Position numbers and translations under genes: made by a program. Source: Bacillus subtilis subsp. subtilis str. 168 (GTDB lineage Bacteria > Bacillota > Bacilli > Bacillales > Bacillaceae). From it: DNA of 32,000 bases. The DNA lies in assembly GCF_000009045.1 (NCBI RefSeq), contig NC_000964.3:3120001-3152000 (forward strand). The letters run 5' to 3'. Under the pieces are notes generated by a model. It saw only the letters and a program-made list of their open reading frames with translations. It had not been told where the DNA came from and ran no database searches. Within the stretch, counting starts at the first letter, position 1. Each line of letters begins with the position of its first letter. Shown here one piece after another: positions 13,387 through 22,095 of the stretch.

Positions 13387-14169
13387 ATGTCTTTCTTACA
13401 TGTCGACCATGTAACCCATACTTATTTTTCTATTAAAGAAAAAACAACGGCTGTGCGGGATATTCATTTCGATGCCGAAAAAGGCGATTTCATCTCATTT
13501 CTCGGCCCAAGCGGCTGCGGAAAAACAACATTGCTTTCCATTATTGCCGGTTTGATTGAGCCATCAGAAGGCAGAGTTCTGATTGAAGGCCGTGAGCCGA
13601 ATCAAAAAGAACATAATATTGGCTATATGCTTCAGCAGGATTACTTATTTCCCTGGAAATCTATCGAGGAAAATGTGCTTCTCGGTTTAAAAATCGCCGA
13701 CACGCTGACAGAAGAAAGCAAAGCCGCTGCACTCGGTCTATTGCCGGAGTTCGGCCTCATAGATGTGGAGAAAAAATATCCGAAAGAACTGTCAGGCGGG
13801 ATGCGCCAGCGGGCTGCGCTTGCAAGAACACTTGCGCCTAACCCTAGTCTGCTTTTGCTGGATGAGCCATTTTCCGCGCTTGATTTTCAGACAAAGCTGT
13901 CTTTGGAAAACCTGGTATTCCGCACATTAAAGGAATATCAAAAAACAGCAGTGCTTGTCACTCATGATATAGGGGAAGCGATAGCGATGAGCGATACGAT
14001 CTTTTTATTTTCAAATCAGCCGGGCACCATCCATCAGATTTTTACCATTCCTAAGGAATTGGCCGCGATGTTGCCTTTTGACGCCCGTCAGGAACCTTCC
14101 TTCCAGACACTGTTTCAAACGATATGGAAGGAGCTGAATTCTCTTGAGAAACAGCAAAGAAACCATTGA
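13387..14169 (+). CDS. ytlC: YtlC, ABC transporter ATP-binding protein (nitrate/sulfonate/taurine family)
   Basis: Walker [10 protein letters not shown], signature LSGGMRQR, Walker B LLLLDEPF. Confidence 0.9.
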
Positions 14170-14956
14170 TCTGCTTCACGAGCAGTATCAATTCAAACAG
14201 AAAAAGGAAAAGTGGAAGGTCCATTCCTTTCAGCTTGCCATATTTATTCTCTTTTTCTCGGGCTGGGAAATCTCCAGCAGGCAGGGCTGGATCGATCCGC
14301 TGATCTTCAGCTCTCCATCAGCTGTGTGGCGATTATTGCTGGAGAAACTTGGTGACGGTTCTTTACTGTCACACATCGGCGTCACTTTATTTGAAACGGT
14401 GCTTGGCTTTTTGCTCGGGACGTTTATGGGCACGTGCCTAGCCGCTTTGTTATGGTGGTCTAACCGACTTGCCAGAATTTTAGATCCGTATCTTGTGATT
14501 TTGAACGCAATGCCGAAAGTGGCCCTGGGCCCGATCCTGATTGTCGCGCTCGGTCCCAGTTTTATCAGCATCATTGCGATGGGAGCCATCATCAGCGTCA
14601 TTATCACAACCATCGTTGTCTACACCGCCTTCCAAGAGGTCGACGAAAACTATACGAAAGTCATGAAAACATTCGGCGCAAAAAAGTGGGTTATTTTTAA
14701 AGAAGTCATACTGCCTGCATCCTCCCCCGCGATTATTTCAACACTAAAAGTGAACGTCGGTTTATCATGGGTTGGCGTTATTGTAGGGGAATTCCTCGTT
14801 TCGAAGGTCGGATTAGGATATATGATTATTTACGGATTCCAAGTCTTCAATTTTACACTCGTCTTCTTAAGCCTGCTGATCATCGCCATCTTCGCCACTC
14901 TGATGTATCAGGGCGTCGAGCTGCTGGAAAAGAAATGGACGAAGGGGAGGACATAA
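14144..14956 (+). CDS. ytlD: YtlD, ABC transporter permease
   Basis: 270-aa polytopic ORF with BPD_transp_1 motif; start is TTG at 14144 or slightly downstream. Confidence 0.87.
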
Positions 14957-14984
14957 AAAACCCGGCACATGTGCCGGGTTTTTT
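14955..14984. terminator. Bidirectional terminator between ytlD and ytkD
   Basis: Perfect 30-bp palindrome AAAAAACCCGGCACATGTGCCGGGTTTTTT. Confidence 0.95.
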
Positions 14985-15459
14985 ATTCAATCCATCCAGA
15001 TTCTTTCAGTTTTTTCAAGCTGATCGGAAGAACGGAATCCTTCATAATAAAGCTGAATTTTTTATTGCGGGAAAGGTTCTCCGGCAGCTCGTGAAACAAA
15101 ACCGGGCCTTTCGTTTCAAAGTAATCAGCCTGCTTTTCAAGCTTTTCTATATCTGCAAAATATATATTTTTTACAATCACTTTTTCTTTTCCGAGAACTT
15201 TATACTGTCCGAGATACTTGAGGCTTTTGACTCTCGCGCCCGTCTCTTCCTTTACTTCCCGGAGCGCAGCCTCTTCTGCGCACTCCATCGGCTCTACTTT
15301 CCCGCCTGGAAACTCATAGCCTCTGTCCTCATGTTCTGTTAAAAGCCATTTGCCGCCAAAACGGCAAATCACCCAGACATGCTTCGGGCTGTCCGAGAAA
15401 GGCTGATCGTCAAAGGAAAGCTGAACAGTATTCTGATAATAATCTTTAAACTCGTACAT
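14983..15459 (-). CDS. ytkD: YtkD/MutTA, Nudix nucleoside triphosphatase
   Basis: 158 aa; Nudix box GKVEPMECAEEAALREVKEETG. Confidence 0.9.
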   Translation of the reverse strand: MYEFKDYYQNTVQLSFDDQPFSDSPKHVWVICRFGGKWLLTEHEDRGYEFPGGKVEPMECAEEAALREVKEETGARVKSLKYLGQYKVLGKEKVIVKNIYFADIEKLEKQADYFETKGPVLFHELPENLSRNKKFSFIMKDSVLPISLKKLKESGWIE

Positions 15460-15667
15460 GTTTATCCCTCAAATCCGTTCCTAGCTATCTTCCATACATC
15501 ATACCACAGTTACGTTTCTTCGGAAGCCTTTTATCAAAAAATAAGGGAAACCCAGCACGCCGTCAGGTTCTGCATGCAGACTAGCTCGTACAGTTTTTTT
15601 GCGATACTTTTGCCGGAAAGTGCGACCGACGCTCTGGGCTTTATTATGACCCGCGAACAGGGAAAAG

Positions 15668-16072
15668 TTACGGTTTGCGCTTAAATTTATTTTTTAACGT
15701 TTCTAAAAGATCGACAAGCATCTGAGGAACCGGTATGCCAAGAGAGCTGGCTGTCACAACAATTTGCACAGATTCATAAAGAATATAAAACATAATAGCC
15801 AAGTCACGAATTGATCCCTGTGTATTCAGCAGCTGATCAAAAAAGTGGCATACAGAGATCAGAGCCAGCGTGACTAATTTTTTGACAAGCCGGGCAAATA
15901 CCTTTTTAAATGACAGTTTGTGAATAATGGTTTCCTTCAAAGTCGTACTGATAAATTCAATTGCCATAAGAGAGAGCAAAATCAGAAATGAATACTGAAA
16001 ACCTCCAAAGAAAAAACCCGCTGCTGAAACGCTGACTGCTAAAAACGAAAAGATGCCAAAGTCTCTATCCAT
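15668..16072 (-). CDS. ytkC: YtkC, phage-holin-like membrane protein
   Basis: 134 aa with several transmembrane helices; toxin-secretion/phage-lysis holin-type pattern. Confidence 0.75.
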   Translation of the reverse strand: MDRDFGIFSFLAVSVSAAGFFFGGFQYSFLILLSLMAIEFISTTLKETIIHKLSFKKVFARLVKKLVTLALISVCHFFDQLLNTQGSIRDLAIMFYILYESVQIVVTASSLGIPVPQMLVDLLETLKNKFKRKP

Positions 16073-16191
16073 TTATCCCAACATCCTTTCACAGAAACGG
16101 CCTTACGATATTCTATGGTAAACAAGCCGAACGGATTGGATTTTTCAGAAAAATGGACTGGTTGTCGCCTATTTTTCAGATACAAAAAGAA

Positions 16192-16221
16192 AAGCCGGAC
16201 GTCTTTTTTAAGACATCCGGC
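16192..16221 (-). terminator. Terminator downstream of dps
   Basis: gccggacgtctt...aagacatccggc: 12-position stem whose one imperfect pair is a G-U in minus-strand RNA, followed by a T-rich tract. Confidence 0.8.
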
Positions 16222-16237
16222 CGTTCTATTTTTGAAC

Positions 16238-16675
16238 TTAACCTAGGTAAGCTTTTAGCATCCAGTTATGTTTTTCAATATTTTGATGGATCGCAAGAAG
16301 CATGTCCCCTGTTGTTTCGTCACCGACTTCATCAGCTAAATCCATGCCGTTTTTCAGCTCTTCCGCGATGACTGTGAAATCATCATATACGCTTTGAACC
16401 ATTTGTTCAGCTGTTTCATTTCCAGCAGCTTCTTTGACAGAAGCCGTTTCTAAGGATTCCTTCATTGTTGCAATCGGTTTTCCGTTCAGCGCCAAAAGAC
16501 GTTCTGCTAAGTCATCAATATAAGTTGCTGTTTCGTTGTACAGCTCCTCAAACTTTTCATGAAGAGTGAAGAAATCTTTCCCTTTCACATACCAGTGATA
16601 ATTATGTAGTTTCACATACATGACCGTCCAGTTGGCTACTTGTTTGTTCACTGCTTGAATCAATTGTTCTGACAT
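16238..16675 (-). CDS. dps: Dps-family DNA-protecting ferritin-like protein
   Basis: 145 aa; [20 protein letters not shown]...[15 protein letters not shown] hallmark Dps ferroxidase region. Confidence 0.92.
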   Translation of the reverse strand: MSEQLIQAVNKQVANWTVMYVKLHNYHWYVKGKDFFTLHEKFEELYNETATYIDDLAERLLALNGKPIATMKESLETASVKEAAGNETAEQMVQSVYDDFTVIAEELKNGMDLADEVGDETTGDMLLAIHQNIEKHNWMLKAYLG

Positions 16676-16705
16676 GGTATCTCCTCCTTGTTATATGACT
16701 ATGTA

Positions 16706-16731
16706 TACCCTTAATATCGTACGCTAAAACC
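16706..16731 (-). promoter_or_regulatory. Sigma-B-type promoter of dps
   Basis: Minus strand GTTTTA-N14-GGGTAT, close to sigma-B consensus GTTTAA-N13-15-GGGWAW. Confidence 0.75.
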
Positions 16732-16803
16732 TCTTTTTTACCCTTATCTGTCACGATTTCTTCTATTATGCTACAATTGTTAAAAAACGGGAGGTGGAAT
16801 GTC

Positions 16804-16944
16804 ATGACGCTTCTCATTACGATAAGTATTTTGATTGTGCTGGCTGTTTTGCTTGTAACCATTTGGACGACTGTAAAAGCCTATAATGTAAAGCATACCA
16901 TTGATCCACCACAAGAAAATCACTCTGATTCACACAATCAATGA
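16804..16944 (+). CDS. 46-aa single-pass membrane protein with His-containing tail (probably YtzO)
   Basis: [46 protein letters not shown]; GGGAGGTGG ribosome-binding site 7 nt before ATG; absent from the ORF track because of length. Confidence 0.75.
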
Positions 16945-17375
16945 TGATGTGAATGCTCCTCTTCTGACTGATTGCTGGCAGCATCGGCGTCTCCGACTTG
17001 GACTTTTAAGGTCGGCATGCTATGCTGTTTTTTTGCTGTGACATGAGATTGGACAGTGTATACACCATCTTCCTTAAACGTCGTTTCCAATCGGTATACG
17101 CCTTTTTCTTGTTTCACCTTAAACATTTGGCTTGCGTCTTTTTCCCCTTCTTTCCATACTTCAAACTCTACTTCATCGGCATCCGTCACAGCTTCATCAC
17201 CATATGATACAGCTGCTTCATAAGCAGCGCTTTCTCCGGGATTTACTTTTTCAGGCCCGGTCAGCTTGACATCCAAAACCTCGGGCGTCTCAGCTGTATT
17301 TGCTTTACTTTCACCAGATCCGCATCCATTAAGCAATAAAGCAGAAAAAAGCAGAACAACCAACATCTTTTTCAT
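16938..17375 (-). CDS. ytkA: YtkA, lipoprotein with YtkA-like (FixH-like) domain and C-terminal HSHHH
   Basis: 145 aa; signal sequence with lipobox LLLNGC. Confidence 0.85.
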
Positions 17376-17457
17376 GCCATCACCCTTTCATCGTTTACCT
17401 AAATAGTAGCAAACGCTTACAGCAAATGGTACACAAAATATGAGACGTCACAAAAAA

Positions 17458-17485
17458 GACCTTTTTGCTTAAGCGCAAAAAGGTC
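17458..17485 (-). terminator. Terminator of luxS
   Basis: gacctttttgc ... gcaaaaaggtc inverted repeat, minus strand followed by TTTTTTG. Confidence 0.75.
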
Positions 17486-17494
17486 CTTTCTATT

Positions 17495-17968
17495 TTAGCC
17501 AAATACTTTTAGCAATTCTTCTTTATCCTGTGAAAGCCAGAAACGCATTAAACGTTTAGCGCCTTCCAGATCATGAAGCTTCGCTTGGCCGCACTGCTTT
17601 TCATTCGCAGCAGGTATTTCTGTAATCTCTACCGCTTCCTTCATTGTGTCTTCAAGCAGATCAACGATTTCCGCTGATGTCGGCTCTCCGCTCACAACTA
17701 GATAATAGCCTGTCTGGCAGCCCATTGGAGAAATATCAATGATATCAAAATGATCGTATTTCTCAGCGTGAGAACGAATCGTAAACGCGAGCAAATGCTC
17801 GAGTGTGTGAATGGTGTCAGGCTTCATCGCCTGTTTATTTGGCTGGCAAAAACGAATGTCAAATTTATTTACAACGCCGTCTGTTCCCACTTTATGCACG
17901 CCGCAATGTCTTACATATGGAGCAACAACCGCATTATGATCAAGCTCAAAACTTTCTACTGAAGGCAT
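17495..17968 (-). CDS. luxS: S-ribosylhomocysteine lyase LuxS
   Basis: 157 aa; HTLEH metal-binding motif. Confidence 0.96.
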
Positions 17969-18096
17969 AATGGCACTCTCCCCTTTTTTAAAAATGTAAT
18001 TTCATTATAACATACTTTTCCGATAAGAATTATTGATTAACTTTTCAATCTGTGTTTTTTTTCTTATACTTGCATCAGAAAGGTTGCTGAAGAAAC

Positions 18097-18324
18097 ATGA
18101 AAACCCTATTCATCGCTCTGATCAGAGGATATCAAAAATTCATCTCGCCCCTGACACCGCCAACGTGCCGCTTTTATCCGACCTGTTCCCAATATGGAAT
18201 CGAAGCGATTAAAACACATGGCGCTTTAAAAGGCGGATGGCTGACAATCAAACGGATTTTGAAATGCCACCCGTTCCATCCGGGAGGAGTCGATCCCGTT
18301 CCTGAAAAGAAACAAAAACATTAA
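18097..18324 (+). CDS. ytjA: YtjA, YidD family membrane protein insertion efficiency factor
   Basis: 75 aa; [31 protein letters not shown]...[15 protein letters not shown]. Confidence 0.92.
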   Translation: MKTLFIALIRGYQKFISPLTPPTCRFYPTCSQYGIEAIKTHGALKGGWLTIKRILKCHPFHPGGVDPVPEKKQKH

Positions 18325-18884
18325 TTGTTATAACCGTTTACGATAAGATCCAGTTTTCCGGTTTTAGGATCAATGACTAAGCCATGGACCGGAACGTTTT
18401 CAGGGAACAGCGGGTGATGTTTAATAACATCTACGCTGTCTTTCACACTCGCTTCCACTGAATCAAAGCTTTTAAACCATTGATCAAAGTCTACACCGGA
18501 GTACTTTATTGTTTCGATGCGTTCTTCCGGAATCCCTCTTGCTTTGATTTTTTCAAGCATGCTTTTGCTGCTGATTTTGCTCATGCCGCAATCGTGATGC
18601 CCGATCACACACACCTCATCTGCATTCAGCTCGTACACTGCGACGAGTATACTTCTCATGATGCTTCCGAATGGGTGTGTCACAAGCGCACCGGCACTTT
18701 TAATGATTTTCACATCACCGTTTCGCAAATTCATCGCATGCGGCAGCAGTTCAACCAGACGAGTATCCATGCAAGAAAGAATCGCCATTTTTTTATCTGG
18801 AAATTTTGATGTTTGATACTTTTCATACTCTCTTTGTTCAGTAAATGTCTTGTTAAATTCGAGAATATCATTTAGAAGACTCAT
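18321..18884 (-). CDS. ytiB: YtiB, beta-carbonic anhydrase
   Basis: 187 aa; SCMDTR and HHDCG zinc-binding motifs. Confidence 0.9.
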   Translation of the reverse strand: MSLLNDILEFNKTFTEQREYEKYQTSKFPDKKMAILSCMDTRLVELLPHAMNLRNGDVKIIKSAGALVTHPFGSIMRSILVAVYELNADEVCVIGHHDCGMSKISSKSMLEKIKARGIPEERIETIKYSGVDFDQWFKSFDSVEASVKDSVDVIKHHPLFPENVPVHGLVIDPKTGKLDLIVNGYNN

Positions 18885-18977
18885 GTTCGTTGTCCCTTTC
18901 TATTCTTTTTACTCTTCAATATATCACAACCCTTGTTTATTCGTCATAATAAAAAAAGACAAACCCTCAGGCCTGCC

Positions 18978-19226
18978 TTATTTCCCCATGTTATAGCGTT
19001 TTTTGAACTGCTCAACTCGTCCGCCTTTTTCATTGAATTTCTGGCGGCCTGTATAAAACGGATGCGTGTCAGAGCTTACCTCTACTTTAATGACAGGATA
19101 TGTGTTTCCGTCCTCCCACTCTGCTGTTTCATTAGATGTTTTCGTAGAGGTGCTTAGAAAACGGTAGCCGCTGTTGACATCCTGAAATATCACTTTGTGG
19201 TTCTTTGGATGAATTCCTTCTTTCAT
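18978..19226 (-). CDS. rpmE2: Ribosomal protein L31 type B (Cys-less, Zn-independent)
   Basis: 82 aa, no cysteines, [23 protein letters not shown]. Confidence 0.93.
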   Translation of the reverse strand: MKEGIHPKNHKVIFQDVNSGYRFLSTSTKTSNETAEWEDGNTYPVIKVEVSSDTHPFYTGRQKFNEKGGRVEQFKKRYNMGK

Positions 19227-19240
19227 GGGTATCTCCTTTC

Positions 19241-19267
19241 AATAAATCGTAATAATTACGTTTTATT
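19241..19267. promoter_or_regulatory. Zur box upstream of rpmE2
   Basis: aataaaTCGTAATaATTACGttttatt: near-perfect 13-1-13 inverted repeat matching Zur consensus TCGTAATnATTACGA. Confidence 0.85.
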
Positions 19268-19430
19268 TTATAACCTTACAAACGTTTTGTCAATCTTCTT
19301 ATATCCTTCCCTCTGTTTCACATCGTAAACCTCATGGCATTTAAGAATAGGAAGAATAATCTAACCGAGGAAGCAAATAATAAACCCAAAATACATACAG
19401 AACGTCTTTTTGGAAAGGTGGTTTACGATT

Positions 19431-20762
19431 GTGGATGATTTAGTTTTGGCCAGAAGCCTTTTTGGCACGACGATGGGCTTTCATATCATTTTCGCAACAC
19501 TTGGAGTCGGTCTGCCGCTCATGATTTTAGTGGCGGAATTGATCTATCAAAAAACGAAAGATGACCATTATGCGATCATGGCGAAAAGATGGACGAAAGC
19601 ACAAGCCGTTTTGCTGGGGGTCGCCATACCGACCGGAACGATCGCGGGCACTCAGCTCGCGCTTTTATGGCCGGGATTTATGGAAGTCATCGGCCGGGTG
19701 ATGTCCCTGCCATTTCAAATTGAAATCTATGCTTTTTTTGTTGAAGCCCTATTCATGTCGATTTATGTATACGCTGCAGACCGTTTGTCACCTGCAATGA
19801 GGATTGTTGCTGTTTTCTTTGTGTTAGTCGGGGCAGCAGCATCCGCTGTTCTGATCACGAATGTTCACGCTTTTGAAGGTACGCCCGCCGGTTTTAAAAT
19901 TTTAAACGGAAAAATTACAGATGTTGACCCGTGGGCTGCGTTTTTTAATCCTAGCTTTTTTATCACTGCCGGCCATGTCGTGCTGTCCGCGTTTATGACT
20001 GGTGCGTTTATCGTGGCTTCTGTTGCGGCGTATAAAATGATCCGAACGAGGAAAAAGGAAAGGGTCTATCGCTTTCACCGGAAAGCCCTTTTGCTCGCAC
20101 TGACGATCGGCGGTATTTTTTCATTGCTGACCGCTTTGAACGGACACGAATCTGCACAGATGCTGTACGAATACCAGCCCGAAAAATTAGCCGGTGCGGA
20201 AGGCCTATTTGAAACAAGATCCCACGCCCCGCTCGCTATCGGCGGTTTTACCGACCCGAATGAAGAAAAAGTAAAATGGGCAATCGAGATTCCATGGGCT
20301 TTAAGCTTTTTGGCAGCGAACCGTTTTGACACTGTTGTAAAAGGATTAAATGCATTTCCGAGAGATGAATGGCCGCCGCTTTTCATTCACACGCTGTTTA
20401 ATGCGATGGTTGGTGTAGGCATGCTGCTAATTCTTTATTCCATTATCGGTGTGGTCTGGAGAAAGGTGCTCAAGAAAGACCGTTTCCCAACGTGGCTTTT
20501 GATCATTTTCATGACAGCAGGCCCTTTTAGTCTCATCGGCATTGAATTCGGCTGGATTTTCGCATGTACGGGGAGGCAGCCTTGGGTCATCTATCATCTG
20601 CTGAAAACGTCAGATGTCGTAACAACGACTGGCTCGATCGGGGTGCTGTTCTTATTTTTCACATTTGTTTATGCCGTGTTAGGCGCAGCTGTCGTCTACG
20701 TGCTGCTGTATTATTTCCGCAAGCACCCGGTTGACGAAGATTTAAATACAGCGGAGTCGTAA
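19431..20762 (+). CDS. ythA: YthA, cytochrome bd-type ubiquinol oxidase subunit I
   Basis: 443 aa from GTG 19431 after GGAAAGGTGG; GFHIIFATLGVG, GRQPWVIY motifs. Confidence 0.9.
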   Translation: MDDLVLARSLFGTTMGFHIIFATLGVGLPLMILVAELIYQKTKDDHYAIMAKRWTKAQAVLLGVAIPTGTIAGTQLALLWPGFMEVIGRVMSLPFQIEIYAFFVEALFMSIYVYAADRLSPAMRIVAVFFVLVGAAASAVLITNVHAFEGTPAGFKILNGKITDVDPWAAFFNPSFFITAGHVVLSAFMTGAFIVASVAAYKMIRTRKKERVYRFHRKALLLALTIGGIFSLLTALNGHESAQMLYEYQPEKLAGAEGLFETRSHAPLAIGGFTDPNEEKVKWAIEIPWALSFLAANRFDTVVKGLNAFPRDEWPPLFIHTLFNAMVGVGMLLILYSIIGVVWRKVLKKDRFPTWLLIIFMTAGPFSLIGIEFGWIFACTGRQPWVIYHLLKTSDVVTTTGSIGVLFLFFTFVYAVLGAAVVYVLLYYFRKHPVDEDLNTAES

Positions 20763-20805
20763 TGGCTCCGCAAACAGGAAACCAAATGGAAGGAAGATCG
20801 TACAA

Positions 20806-21846
20806 ATGGAGATTTCAACTGACGCTCTGATCGCCATCTCAATTATCTGGGGCTTTGTGTTTATTTACGCCGTCATGGCGACAATGGATTTTGGAGCGGG
20901 ATTTTGGTCTATGATCTATTTAAACAAGGAGCATATGAAGGCCACCGATATTGCGAATCGCTTTTTGTCCCCGACTTGGGAGGTCACAAACGTCTTTATT
21001 GTGGCCATCGTCGTGGCGCTTTTCAGTTTTTTCCCCGGCGCGACATTTGTGCTCGGCACCGTTTTATTAATTCCCGGAAGCATGATTTTGCTGCTTTTAG
21101 CAATTCGAAGCGGATTTCTCGTGTTTTCAAATACAGCAAAGGAGCGGAAAACGCTAAGATATATTTCCGGCATCTCCGGCTTTATCATTCCTGCTATTTT
21201 AATTTTGGTGCTTCCTGTGACACACGGAGGGTTTATAGAAAAAACGGATGGAATCTATAACTTAAATATGTCTAAAATCTTTTCAAGCCCCAACGCCTAT
21301 TCATTTATCGGGTTTGCGATTTTAAGCACCTTATTTTTGTCCTCGCTGTTGCTTGCAGATTTTTCAAATGTGGCAGAGGAACAGGATGCGTACCGAGCCT
21401 ACAGAAAAAGCGCCCTGATTACCGGCCCGATTTCACTGTTGTTTGCTGTATGCATTATGGTAACTATGCGGAATGAAGCAAACTGGCTGTACAGCGGAAT
21501 GATGAATGATTTTTCTTGGATTATTGCATCGTTCATTACATTTGTCATTGCTGGAATCGCTCTTTTTCTGCCTAACAAAAGCTTTGGTCAAAACATCGGA
21601 AAACCGCGTCTCGCACTTGTTGCGATTGGGATACAGTATTTTCTCGCAAGCTACGCGTACGGGCGGGCGCATCTTCCGTATATGATTTATCCCGATGTGA
21701 CAGTCATGTCAGGCTTCACAGAGCCAGCAACGTTCAGAGCGCTGTTTGCAACGTATATCGTTGCATTTATCATTCTATTTCCGGGCTTCTTTTTCTTCTG
21801 GAAAATGTTTATGCGAGATAAACGCTATATCCGCCAGGAGGAATAG
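20806..21846 (+). CDS. ythB: YthB, cytochrome bd-type ubiquinol oxidase subunit II
   Basis: 346 aa; YAVMATMDFGAGFW and AYGRAHLPYMIYP motifs. Confidence 0.9.
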   Translation: MEISTDALIAISIIWGFVFIYAVMATMDFGAGFWSMIYLNKEHMKATDIANRFLSPTWEVTNVFIVAIVVALFSFFPGATFVLGTVLLIPGSMILLLLAIRSGFLVFSNTAKERKTLRYISGISGFIIPAILILVLPVTHGGFIEKTDGIYNLNMSKIFSSPNAYSFIGFAILSTLFLSSLLLADFSNVAEEQDAYRAYRKSALITGPISLLFAVCIMVTMRNEANWLYSGMMNDFSWIIASFITFVIAGIALFLPNKSFGQNIGKPRLALVAIGIQYFLASYAYGRAHLPYMIYPDVTVMSGFTEPATFRALFATYIVAFIILFPGFFFFWKMFMRDKRYIRQEE

Positions 21847-21899
21847 AGGGCAAGCCAGCCGGCTATACTAATCCAGAACCTTTATAAGGAGGGGATGGC

Positions 21900-22058
21900 A
21901 TGGAGCAGAAAATTCTATGTGAGGTCAACAACTGTTCTTATTGGGGCAAAGGTAACAAATGCACCGCTGATGCCATTTATGTTGTCAGCCATACTGGTGA
22001 AACGGCTGAAAACAGCCGGGAAACAGACTGCAAAACGTTTAAGCCGCATGATTTATAA
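21900..22058 (+). CDS. 52-aa DUF1540-like Cys-rich protein
   Basis: MEQKILCEVNNCSYWGKGNKCTADAIYVVSHTGETAENSRETDCKTFKPHDL; AAGGAGGGG ribosome-binding site; absent from the ORF track because of length. Confidence 0.82.
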   Translation: MEQKILCEVNNCSYWGKGNKCTADAIYVVSHTGETAENSRETDCKTFKPHDL

Positions 22059-22060
22059 TT

Positions 22061-22095
22061 AAAAGAAAGAGCTGCATCAGCCAGCTCTTTCTTTT
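22061..22095. terminator. Bidirectional terminator between the DUF1540-like gene and mntD
   Basis: aaaagaaagagctg...cagctctttctttt, perfect 14-bp stem. Confidence 0.85.

Noticed and set aside
14767-15342. 191-aa ORF spanning the end of ytlD and antisense to ytkD
   Set aside because: It runs through the 30-bp palindromic terminator and overlaps two genes with clear domains.
15379-15684. 101-aa plus-strand ORF covering the ytkD-ytkC gap
   Set aside because: No ribosome-binding site and no recognisable family; it starts antisense inside ytkD and ends in ytkC. Only the gap itself is reported as unexplained.
21895-22060. Alternative frame starting at ATG 21895 (MAWSRKFYVRS...)
   Set aside because: The overlapping frame from ATG 21900 encodes a recognisable DUF1540-like Cys pattern and is better spaced from the ribosome-binding site.
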